33,161 nucleotides of DNA from a virus (Duplodnaviria > Heunggongvirae > Uroviricota > Caudoviricetes): IMG/VR virus record IMGVR_UViG_2690316097_000007; one strand, 5' to 3'. Under the pieces are notes generated by a model that ran no database searches, was not told where the DNA came from, and saw nothing but the letters and a program-made list of their open reading frames with translations. Made by a program: the position numbers and the translations under genes. Below, one piece after another: positions 1 through 7,921 of this stretch (positions are counted from its first letter, which is position 1; each line of letters starts with the position of its first letter).

Positions 1-29
1 CAAAGTGATCTACTATTCCGCGCAGCTAT

Positions 30-494
30 TTAGATTCGTCTCGCCTGCCAGAAATTTTTCTGCCAATAGACATTATCAAGTGAGGAACGCATCACTCCCT
101 TGCTGGTAGAGGCGTGGATAAATTGGTTGTTGGTATCGTAAATACCTACATGCAAACCATTTTGTCCGGAACCCGTTTTGAAAAAGACCAGGTCACCAGG
201 CAGCAACTCGTCTTTATCAATTTGCGTGCCGATAGAGGCTTGTTCTTTGGTTTCTCGGGGCAGCTGCAAATCGAAACGATCGCGCATCGTTACAACCACA
301 AATCCCGAACAGTCCACACCGCGCCGCGTCATGCCACCATAACGATACGGCGTGCCATGCCAGCTTTGTAGCTGGTCGTTCAAACCGGCAATAACGGTAA
401 TCGAATCAGAAAGTCTGGCATTTGGCAGCGGTGCTTTATGGTGGCTACACCCGGCCAGAAACAGTGCTGTGATCAAAATAAGGCAGAAACGCAT
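30..494 (-). CDS. nlpC: NlpC/P60-family lipoprotein (peptidoglycan endopeptidase)
   Basis: 154-aa ORF with N-terminal signal and lipobox (LFLAGC) and a Cys-containing NlpC/P60 motif (GVDCSGFV). It lies directly beside btuD, as in the E. coli nlpC-btuD-btuE-btuC arrangement. Recognised from the translation, no search run. Confidence 0.85.
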   Translation of the reverse strand: MRFCLILITALFLAGCSHHKAPLPNARLSDSITVIAGLNDQLQSWHGTPYRYGGMTRRGVDCSGFVVVTMRDRFDLQLPRETKEQASIGTQIDKDELLPGDLVFFKTGSGQNGLHVGIYDTNNQFIHASTSKGVMRSSLDNVYWQKNFWQARRI

Positions 495-571
495 TCCGTA
501 CGGTTCCTCTGTTTTTTATTCTTGCATTAATTTAGCGTCGTAATTACCCGATTTTCAAGATACTAATGAAA

Positions 572-1321
572 TCAGATGGTCGAAATCAGCATTCTGTGAC
601 CTTCGATATCCAGACGGCGAAAATTCATCCCATAGGCCTGCGCCAGATTTGGCGGCGTGAGCACCTCTTCTCTGCGTCCACTGGCCAGCATTTTTCCACC
701 TTTTAGCAACCACGCCCGATGCGCATGACGCAATGTGTGGTTGAGATCGTGACTGCTCATCACAATCGCCAGTCCTTGCTGACACAGAGCGCTCAGAATT
801 TTGTCTAACGCACTTTGTTGCGCAACATCAAGACTGTTCATCGGCTCATCAAGAAGCAGCAATTGGCCTGCGGGATTGGCTTGTGGTGTGATTTGCAGCA
901 CCACCGCAGCAAGACGTACGCGTTGCCATTCACCGCCGGAAAGTTGATTGGTGCTACGTCCGAGTTTGTCATCAAGAGCCAGCGCCCCTGCGACATCATT
1001 CAGTAGTTCGGTACGCGTTTTATCGTGCTGATGCAGTGTCAGATAGTGCCAGACCGGCATTGCAAACGGCGGCGTCTGCTGTTGTGAAAGATAGGCGCGA
1101 TGCAGCGCGAGTTTTGTTGCGGACCATGCTTCCAGTGGTTGCCCCGCGAACTGAATACTTCCCTTACCGCTGGTCATTCCGGCCATTCGTGCCAGTAAGG
1201 TACTCTTACCCGCGCCATTCGGCCCCACCAGGTGCAGGATCTCCCCAGCCCGAACCTCGCCAGAAAGTGGCCCCAGGCGGGTAGATTCCGCAACATCCTG
1301 TAACTGCATCACAATAGACAT
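572..1321 (-). CDS. btuD: Vitamin B12 ABC transporter ATP-binding protein
   Basis: 249-aa ORF with Walker A (GPNGAGKST), ABC signature (LSGGEWQR) and Walker B (LLLLDEP). Its stop/start overlaps btuE, matching the btuCED operon. Confidence 0.9.
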
Positions 1322-1872
1322 TATTTTGCCAACGCCAGTTTAATGCTTTCCATCACAATGGGGTCTTCCGGCGTCATATCCGGGGAAAAACGCTGGATGA
1401 CCAATCCGTCCCTGCCAACTAAAAATTTCTCAAAATTCCATAAAATATCATCAGGGTACAGCGGTGCACGACCTTTGCTGACCATACGGGCATAGAATCC
1501 GCTCTCTTCCGGCGCGACTGCGGTCGGCGCTGCGGCAATCAATTTTTGATACAGCGGATGGCGTCCTTCGCCGTTAACTTCAATCTTACTGAACATCGGG
1601 AACGTCACCCCCCATGTGGTGGTACAGTAAGTTTTAATCTCTTCATCGCTGCCCGGTTCTTGTTCCAGAAACTGGTTGCACGGGAATCCCAGCACCACAA
1701 AACCTCGATCGGCCCAGGCTTTCTGAATATTCTCCAACTGCTCATATTGCGGCGTTAAGCCACACTTTGAGGCGACATTGACAATCAACAGCACATTACC
1801 GGCGTACTTCTCCAGCGTGGTCACTTCACCGTCGATATCTTTCACTACGGTCGTCAGAATGGAATCTTGCAT
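1321..1872 (-). CDS. btuE: Glutathione peroxidase-family protein
   Basis: 183-aa ORF of glutathione peroxidase family, positioned between btuC and btuD as in enterobacterial btuCED. Confidence 0.85.
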
Positions 1873-1934
1873 CGTTTCTCCTGGGTGTGGTCAGTAAAAA
1901 TCTTAGCTTTTAATCATAGACCGTCTTTTTGCGG

Positions 1935-2915
1935 CTAACGTCCTGCTTTTAACAATAACCAGATAAACACCGGCGCACCCAACGTTGCGGTGACCACGCC
2001 AATAGGCAGCTCTGCGGCAGCTAATGCCAGGCGCGCTACAATATCGGCCAGCAGCACTGCGCTCGCCCCTGCCAGCGCGCAGCCGGGAAGTAATACGCGA
2101 TGATCGGTTAAACCACACAACCGAAGAATATGTGGGATCACCAGACCAATAAAGCCGATAGCACCCGCCAGCGCCACACTGACGCCAACCATCCAGCCGG
2201 TCGCTGCCACCAGCACATTGCGCCAGAACCACAGGGGTAAACCCAGTTGCCGCGCCGAGATCTCGCCAAGTGCTAACATATTCATCGGCCTGGACTGACA
2301 ACAGATCCACAACAACACGGGGATCAATGCCAGCATCAGCCAGCTTTGCCGCCAGTCTACGCCGCCAAAACCGCCCATCATCCAGTACATCAGCTGACGT
2401 AAATCAACAGAGGTGGAAAAGTAGATAGCCCACGTCATTAGTGCGCTACAGATAATCCCTAATGCAACGCCAGCCAGCAATAACCGACTGGTCGAAAGAT
2501 GACGACGGGCGAAACGTAAGAGTATTAAAGTGATGATAAGCGCGCCAGCAATCGCACACAGCCCTAGCGCCCAGTTGGGGAGTTGCCCTTGCCCAAGCAA
2601 TACCGCGGCGATAAGCCCCACGCCTGCGCCGTTAGAGACGCCAAGTAGTCCAGGTTCTGCCAGAGGATTTTCAAACAACGCCTGCATTACAGCGCCGGAT
2701 ATAGCCAGCGCCGCACCAACCAGCAATACAGCCAGCGTACGTGGCAGGCGAATTTGCCAGACGAACAGTTCGCCACGAGGAGTAAACCAGTCACCTGGCG
2801 AAATCCATTGTTCACCGGCGCAAAGGCTTAAGAGAAGCGCCAGCAGCATCAAAACTGACAGGCATAATAACCAGCGAATATTTTGTCGCTGTTGTTGGCG
2901 GGCAAGTGTCAGCAT
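1935..2915 (-). CDS. btuC: Vitamin B12 ABC transporter permease
   Basis: 326-aa highly hydrophobic multi-pass membrane protein of the FecCD/BtuC permease type, first gene of the btuCED cluster. Confidence 0.9.
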   Translation of the reverse strand: MLTLARQQQRQNIRWLLCLSVLMLLALLLSLCAGEQWISPGDWFTPRGELFVWQIRLPRTLAVLLVGAALAISGAVMQALFENPLAEPGLLGVSNGAGVGLIAAVLLGQGQLPNWALGLCAIAGALIITLILLRFARRHLSTSRLLLAGVALGIICSALMTWAIYFSTSVDLRQLMYWMMGGFGGVDWRQSWLMLALIPVLLWICCQSRPMNMLALGEISARQLGLPLWFWRNVLVAATGWMVGVSVALAGAIGFIGLVIPHILRLCGLTDHRVLLPGCALAGASAVLLADIVARLALAAAELPIGVVTATLGAPVFIWLLLKAGR

Positions 2916-2972
2916 GGTATCCGTTCTGCTGAAGTGTCATGGCGTTGATTTTACGGTGACTCTTCGACAGTG

Positions 2973-2998
2973 AAAAGAAAAAAGGCCGCAGAGCGGCC
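2973..2998 (-). terminator. Candidate rho-independent terminator (minus strand)
   Basis: Plus strand reads AAAAGAAAAAA then GGCCGC-AGA-GCGGCC; on the minus strand this is a 6-bp GC stem with 3-nt loop followed by a T-run. It lies about 110 bp downstream of the minus-strand gene ending at 3108 and upstream of btuC. Confidence 0.55.
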
Positions 2999-3107
2999 AT
3001 AAACACAAACAAAAATCAATAAGTTAGGTAATTATCAAAGACTTACAGACACACAAAAACACAGCCAACCACAACAAATAACAGAGATGTGGTCAATTTG
3101 TGGATCA

Positions 3108-3545
3108 TCAGCCAACAAATTTAGCAACAAATACAGCAACCGCCGCTGTGAAAATGGTTGTGCACACTGGCACAATAATGCCACTCCAACGCCACTTCGT
3201 ATTATCATCAACCTTGTCAAACCGCCGATTCATCTCATCCATAATCTTGTCAAAGCGTTTATCCATCGCTTCGGTAAGCTCACCCTTCAGGCTGTTAATG
3301 TCTGATTTGAGCTGCTCTTTCAGGTTAGCTGTATCAGATTTAAGCTCACCTTTCAGATTCGCAATATCGCATTCAAGATCACCTTTCAGATGTGCTATGT
3401 CTGCTTTGAGTTCACCTTTCACCTCACCAACATCGGCTTTAGTTGAGAGGTTTGTAGTGCGTTCAGCAAGCGTCGCAAGGTCGTTTCTTGTTAGCGATAA
3501 ATCACCTTCGAGCCGCTCAATTCGCCTTTCAAGTTTATCTGACAT
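3108..3545 (-). CDS. Tail-anchored coiled-coil membrane protein with five 11-residue repeats (function unknown)
   Basis: Start placed at the internal Met (MSDKLERR...) because GGAGG lies about 5 nt upstream; the track ORF extends to 3662 with a poor RBS. The protein has five hendecad repeats (D-x-x-x-L-K-G-E-L-K-x) and a C-terminal hydrophobic helix (IIVPVCTTIFTAAVAVFVAKFV). AT-rich. Confidence 0.6.
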   Translation of the reverse strand: MSDKLERRIERLEGDLSLTRNDLATLAERTTNLSTKADVGEVKGELKADIAHLKGDLECDIANLKGELKSDTANLKEQLKSDINSLKGELTEAMDKRFDKIMDEMNRRFDKVDDNTKWRWSGIIVPVCTTIFTAAVAVFVAKFVG

Positions 3546-3645
3546 TCCGCCTCCACTACTGCCGCCATCGCCACCATGATAAAGCACATCACGCTCAGAA
3601 TGCGACACACTACCTGCTGAATTACCGAAAAGATTTCTTGCTACA

Positions 3646-4146
3646 TTACCCATTATCACCATCCTGCGCTTTGTCTTTCTCCAACCACTTCAGCACCGCA
3701 GACGTACGATAAAGGCTCAGGTAACCACAATTCAGGCAATGCAGCGTGTAATAAGTTTTGCGCATATCAGGTATGCTCTTAACATCACCCAAAAAAGCAT
3801 AAGATACATAATGCTTTATGTTCTCTTTAATTAACTCACTCTGTTCCTCCAGGGGTAGATTGTTAAAATTTTCTGGTTTCTTATTTTTATCCCAGCAAAG
3901 ATCCATACTTTCTGGAACAGATAATCGCGACGATCCACATGAAGGGCAGACACTGGAGACCCCCTTCTCAGACAAGAAACGGAAGAAGATTTCTGGCGTA
4001 ATCTCCATCAGCCGCTCTTTATGTTTTTTGACACGACTCATCGACTTCTTATTGATTTCATCAGCTTCTTCTTTGCATTTATCTTCTATATATTTCGATA
4101 GTAAATAGTCATATAACTCTTTTTTTGTAGGTTTTTTTATTTCCAT
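3646..4146 (-). CDS. Hypothetical Cys-pair (putative zinc-ribbon) protein, AT-rich cargo gene
   Basis: 166-aa ORF with CPSCG and CLNCG motifs about 70 residues apart and Lys/Glu-rich N-terminus. Its start codon lies 2 nt downstream of the int stop on the same strand, suggesting co-transcription with C-int. Confidence 0.6.
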   Translation of the reverse strand: MEIKKPTKKELYDYLLSKYIEDKCKEEADEINKKSMSRVKKHKERLMEITPEIFFRFLSEKGVSSVCPSCGSSRLSVPESMDLCWDKNKKPENFNNLPLEEQSELIKENIKHYVSYAFLGDVKSIPDMRKTYYTLHCLNCGYLSLYRTSAVLKWLEKDKAQDGDNG

Positions 4147-4148
4147 AG

Positions 4149-5126
4149 TTACATTCCTCCCAAGGGATTAAACCTCACCGCATCCTGCAAGTAATCCGGC
4201 GCAAGATGGGCATAAATCATCGTTGTCTGAATCTTTGCGTGCCCCAGAATTTTCTGGAGCGTCAGAATATTGCCGCCGTTCATCATGAAATGACTGGCGA
4301 AGGTGTGGCGCAGCGCATGAACAGCCTGGCCGTCAGGAACATCAGGTGCGACCGTTTTGATGACATCGCGAACCAATGAATAATCCAGCGTCGGAAACAC
4401 CAGTTTCCCGCCCCGTTTTTTGATCTTTTCAAACAGGCTTTCAGAAATAGGAACGGTACGGTTTTTGCTGTTCTTCGTTTTTGAAAAAGTGATTCGACAA
4501 TGAAGAACACGGCGCTGCTCCAGTGCCGCTACCTCGCCCCATCGCGCCCCGGTCGACAGAAGGATTTCGACGGCCAGCCGTTCATCGGGATTTTCAGCCA
4601 GTGCATCCAGCAACTGAACACATTCAGACTTACTCAGATATCCCATTTCACGCTCGTTAACCTTCATTCCTTTAAGGCCTTGAACGGGGTTATCGTTAAG
4701 AAAATGGCCGGATGAGATGAGTGCGGTAAACATCGCGCTTAACGCCCCAATCTCTCGATTTATGGTGCTGGGCTGTATCCCCTGCTCTATCCTGGACACA
4801 CGTAGCTCGGTGAGCATCGTTGTATTAAGTTTATGCACGCACGGGTCATCCATTGCCTCACTCAAGCGCAGCAATTTAAGGCGCGTGTTATGCCCTGACT
4901 TCATTAGCTGGCCGTGGTATTTCCACCACAAGTCAATAAGCACTGACAGCGGACGGCGATCAATGGAGTTTCCTTTCCACTCATTGTTATGCTGTTGCGC
5001 CAGCACCCACCGCTCATATAAAACTGCATCCGATTTCGTTTTAAATTTTTTGCGAATGCGTTTGCCTTTACGCCCCTCAGGACGCATGTCAAGAAGATAC
5101 CCTCCCGGAATTGATTTTATGCTCAT
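4149..5126 (-). CDS. int: Phage tyrosine integrase (P2-like)
   Basis: C-terminal catalytic region HALRHTFASHF...LGHAKIQTTMIYAHL (R, H-x-x-R and catalytic Tyr). Start placed at internal Met (MSIKSIPGG) giving about 325 aa; the 375-aa track ORF has a non-conserved-looking extension. Lies beside a C-like repressor and divergent cox as in P2. Confidence 0.85.
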   Translation of the reverse strand: MSIKSIPGGYLLDMRPEGRKGKRIRKKFKTKSDAVLYERWVLAQQHNNEWKGNSIDRRPLSVLIDLWWKYHGQLMKSGHNTRLKLLRLSEAMDDPCVHKLNTTMLTELRVSRIEQGIQPSTINREIGALSAMFTALISSGHFLNDNPVQGLKGMKVNEREMGYLSKSECVQLLDALAENPDERLAVEILLSTGARWGEVAALEQRRVLHCRITFSKTKNSKNRTVPISESLFEKIKKRGGKLVFPTLDYSLVRDVIKTVAPDVPDGQAVHALRHTFASHFMMNGGNILTLQKILGHAKIQTTMIYAHLAPDYLQDAVRFNPLGGM

Positions 5127-5175
5127 TCGTGAAGCCCCAGCGTTACAAGACCACCATGCCCCCAGCGTTCCATGA

Positions 5176-5487
5176 TTAGCCGGGCTGTGTGCCAGTCTTG
5201 CGGGATTTTTGAGAAGACGATGTGTTTTCTGGCCCATCAGGGGAGAGAGAAGGACTGATCTGCCCAGCAGCCTCATTTGTTTCGTTACTCATCAACCACG
5301 TAGTGTATTTTTTAAATTCCGGGTGCATTGTGATTTTCAGTAAAACCTCCGTTCCCACACCTCGAATACCAGTCTCGTATTGCTTAACCGTACCAACCGC
5401 AATACCTATTGAATCCGCGAACTTTGCCTGACTAAGCCCCTCAGATTCTCGAATTGCTTTTAGCTTCTTTGATATCTCTATTGACAT
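5176..5487 (-). CDS. C: Immunity repressor (P2 C-like HTH protein)
   Basis: About 104 aa from internal Met (MSIEISKKLKAIRESEGLSQAKFADSIG...), HTH of XRE type, resembles P2 repressor C from memory (FKKYTTWLMSNE vs P2 FTKYTLWFMTNQ). Upstream of int on the same strand, divergent from cox. Confidence 0.75.
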   Translation of the reverse strand: MSIEISKKLKAIRESEGLSQAKFADSIGIAVGTVKQYETGIRGVGTEVLLKITMHPEFKKYTTWLMSNETNEAAGQISPSLSPDGPENTSSSQKSRKTGTQPG

Positions 5488-5582
5488 GGTGTGCACCTGA
5501 ATACCATATTGGTTATCAGTTGAGTACCACTTGACGCTACAAAGAGCCACAAATAGCACCAGATTGAATAGGTTATCACACC
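5488..5582. promoter_or_regulatory. Divergent immunity-switch region (Pc/Pe-like promoters and operators)
   Basis: 95-bp intergenic region between divergent C and cox. Contains direct repeats of GGTTATCA (about 5509 and 5568) that could be operator half-sites. Assigned by position, analogous to the P2 C/cox switch. Confidence 0.45.
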
Positions 5583-5861
5583 ATGGCAAAAGTCCTTAAC
5601 ACATACGAACAAGCGGATTTTGAGCGTTTGGCGGCGTTCTACCCATACCGTAATGAACATGGGCTACCGGTACTTGAAGAAAGCCTAGAGGATTATGCGA
5701 AACGCACAAATCAAAGCATTCTCGCTGTAAGAAGGCAGGCTGATAGATCGGTAATTCCCGTTACTCAAGAAGGAAGAAACACAAAACGCAAAGTAAATCT
5801 CTTCGCAATTTTCCTGAAAACCATCAGAAACGCAGAGAAATACGTGCAGATGACAAAATAA
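5583..5861 (+). CDS. cox: Cox-like excisionase/transcriptional regulator
   Basis: 92-aa ORF transcribed divergently from C, same size and position as P2 Cox. Confidence 0.65.
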   Translation: MAKVLNTYEQADFERLAAFYPYRNEHGLPVLEESLEDYAKRTNQSILAVRRQADRSVIPVTQEGRNTKRKVNLFAIFLKTIRNAEKYVQMTK

Positions 5862-5875
5862 CGAGGTGTCATTTT

Positions 5876-6214
5876 ATGCTGAAGCAACGCCGTAATTTTT
5901 GTACCGGAACAGAACGCCACGCTAACCGTTTCACTACCAGTGCATCACGCAGCAACATCCGCTACAGCCTGAGTGATACACACGCAACGCCGGATGGCTA
6001 CCCAGTAAAACAAATCGGCGAGCACGCCTGGCTGATTGAGAAAGCTGGAATCGTGATCCACAAATGCCCACGCAATCCGTTTACCGGAAACCGCATTTTT
6101 GCACTGAGCTGTGGCGACAATCAGTTCGGGCAGGATTTCACATTATACGAAGCACTTCGCACGGTTGATCGTCTGCTTCGCGGGCAAAGTTTTATTAAAC
6201 AGGCTGATTTATAA
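5876..6214 (+). CDS. Hypothetical phage early protein
   Basis: 112-aa ORF in the early rightward operon between cox and A; no recognisable motif. Confidence 0.5.
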   Translation: MLKQRRNFCTGTERHANRFTTSASRSNIRYSLSDTHATPDGYPVKQIGEHAWLIEKAGIVIHKCPRNPFTGNRIFALSCGDNQFGQDFTLYEALRTVDRLLRGQSFIKQADL

Positions 6215-6224
6215 CAGGTGCTTT

Positions 6225-6512
6225 ATGACCAAAGACAATGCACAAGGTGTATTTATCCGTTTTATTGATTTTCGCGGTGAACTGTTATTACGTGCATCCG
6301 CTATTGACGGAGTGACTCCGGCGGGTAAAAACGGAGCCGACGAAGCCACTTACGTTTATCTGAACGGCACGCGACTGCTTGTGGAACTTCCGTACCAGAC
6401 CGTACGAGAAATCATCAGCGAAGATGAAAAGGCACGCCAGGTTAATGGCGATGAACCCTATATCGAAATTATTTGTATGGATTCAGAAGCTGAAATACAG
6501 AAAGCAGATTAA
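6225..6512 (+). CDS. Hypothetical phage early protein
   Basis: About 95 aa from ATG at 6225 (MTKDNAQGVF...); the track ORF starting at 6111 overlaps the previous gene. Early-operon position. Confidence 0.5.
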   Translation: MTKDNAQGVFIRFIDFRGELLLRASAIDGVTPAGKNGADEATYVYLNGTRLLVELPYQTVREIISEDEKARQVNGDEPYIEIICMDSEAEIQKAD

Positions 6513-6520
6513 AGGGCGTT

Positions 6521-6766
6521 GTGATGGGCAAAGAATATAAAACTCTCATTAACAAAGCACTTGAGCGTTTTTATTTTCGCTTAAGTGCATCAGGCGCTCA
6601 TGCTGAACGTGCGGCCCGTGACTCATTGACCAGAGCAATCCGAAGTCTGTATGACGTGGCTTTTTACGCTGATGATCTGGATGCACTTAACGAACTTTCC
6701 GAGCTGATCTGTGCCGCAGAATGCGGGGAACATATTGAACCGTATAAGCTGGGAAATATCGCATGA
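6521..6766 (+). CDS. Hypothetical phage early protein
   Basis: 81-aa ORF in the early operon, tightly spaced with neighbours. Confidence 0.5.
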   Translation: MMGKEYKTLINKALERFYFRLSASGAHAERAARDSLTRAIRSLYDVAFYADDLDALNELSELICAAECGEHIEPYKLGNIA

Positions 6767-6876
6767 GTATATTTATTTCATGGCTTGTTCTGATTATTTC
6801 GGTGGTCTGCGCCATTGGGATTATGCGAATTATTAATTCAGTAAAAAAGATTGAACGCTTTTTCACTGAAGAATAA
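6763..6876 (+). CDS. Putative small membrane peptide (37 aa)
   Basis: ATG at 6763 overlaps the upstream stop (ATGA). Translation MSIFISWLVLIISVVCAIGIMRIINSVKKIERFFTEE is a single hydrophobic helix with a basic tail. Below the ORF-track size cutoff; found by reading the sequence. Confidence 0.35.
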   Translation: MSIFISWLVLIISVVCAIGIMRIINSVKKIERFFTEE

Positions 6877-6962
6877 CCGCGCAAATAAGACCCCAGGTTA
6901 AATAAGAAAATGTGAAAACAATCCGCATTCGCGGAGGTATTCGCACACGCCAAGGAGGCGTA

Positions 6963-7166
6963 ATGGCAATTAAGCATTTTCCTGTCGTTCGTTTCACCTC
7001 CAGAGGACGTGAATACGAAGTTGACGAACGCCTGATTACCACAATCGACAAACACCGTTCAGAAAAGGATGCACATCATATCTATCTCACTGACGGCACT
7101 TACTTCTGCGCCACCAACGTGGTGCAGGTGAATCTTATCAGACAGGTACAGGAGTCACGCAGATGA
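6963..7166 (+). CDS. Hypothetical phage early protein
   Basis: ATG at 6963 (MAIKHFPVV...) preceded by AAGGAGG about 6 nt upstream; the track ORF begins at a GTG at 6912. Confidence 0.5.
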   Translation: MAIKHFPVVRFTSRGREYEVDERLITTIDKHRSEKDAHHIYLTDGTYFCATNVVQVNLIRQVQESRR

Positions 7167-7408
7167 CCATTCTGGACTACATCGCTGCCAATCCGGGTTG
7201 TAGCAGTGGAGAAATCGCCGCAGCACTGAATACACCAACCACAACCATTAATGCGGAGCTACGCCGTCTCTGGCGCAGCGGTTTAGTCACAAGAAAAGAG
7301 CGCAAAACAGGCGGTCGCTTTTCTTATCAGGTAAACCTGATGCCGTTTGGGTGTAGCAACCCACTAACCCAGATGTTCAACCAGCTACTGAGGGAAATCA
7401 GAGCATGA
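7163..7408 (+). CDS. Putative winged-helix DNA-binding protein
   Basis: 81-aa ORF; segment SSGEIAAALNTPTTTINAELRRLWRSGLV resembles a winged-helix recognition unit. Start overlaps the upstream stop. Confidence 0.45.
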   Translation: MTILDYIAANPGCSSGEIAAALNTPTTTINAELRRLWRSGLVTRKERKTGGRFSYQVNLMPFGCSNPLTQMFNQLLREIRA

Positions 7409-7549
7409 GCACCTCCAACTGCCGGAAACCACGTCGGGCTTCAGCAGCTCATCCGGCAGCAAAACAAACTCCATTAATTCCTGTTCCGGGCCTTTCCTGC
7501 ACCTTGCGGCGGGAGGCCTTCGCACATCTGTAACAAGAGGATTGCCGCA

Positions 7550-7915
7550 ATGATTCTCGCCAACGACTTTCTTGAATACCTGCTCAACACAGAGCGTGAT
7601 CTTGCCGCTCGCGTGCGTGATCGTTATGACATGTACCTGAAATCCCTGCCTGTACCGCAGCTCGCTGACGGAAAGATTGTTATTGATGGTCGCTACATGA
7701 TTGACAGCCACGAGGGAAATTACAGGCTTTACCGCATTGAAGGTGGCACCCCGTCCGTTATTGGCATTTACCAGCGCCCATCCTCTGCAATCGTCGATGT
7801 GATTGCCGACAGCATCCGCATCACACATCGCCATGCCGACACAGAAGACACCGTGCTGGAAATTCAGCGGCTGGCTACAGTCTGCCGCGACACCCTGAAT
7901 GGCATGACGAAGTAA
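7550..7915 (+). CDS. Hypothetical phage early protein
   Basis: 121-aa ORF immediately upstream of the replication gene. Confidence 0.5.
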   Translation: MILANDFLEYLLNTERDLAARVRDRYDMYLKSLPVPQLADGKIVIDGRYMIDSHEGNYRLYRIEGGTPSVIGIYQRPSSAIVDVIADSIRITHRHADTEDTVLEIQRLATVCRDTLNGMTK

Positions 7916-7921
7916 ATCACT

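Noticed and set aside
1903-2310. 135-aa minus-strand ORF at the 3' end of btuC
   Set aside because: Entirely nested within btuC in another frame; btuC is the supported gene.
2916-3107. tRNA gene at the prophage integration site
   Set aside because: P2-family and many other integrases target tRNA genes, but this A-rich interval has no cloverleaf-compatible segment or conserved tRNA boxes that I could recognise.
4149-5276. Full 375-aa integrase ORF starting at 5276
   Set aside because: The first 50 residues overlap the 3' end of the repressor gene region and look non-protein-like; the internal Met at 5126 gives a tyrosine-recombinase of normal length.
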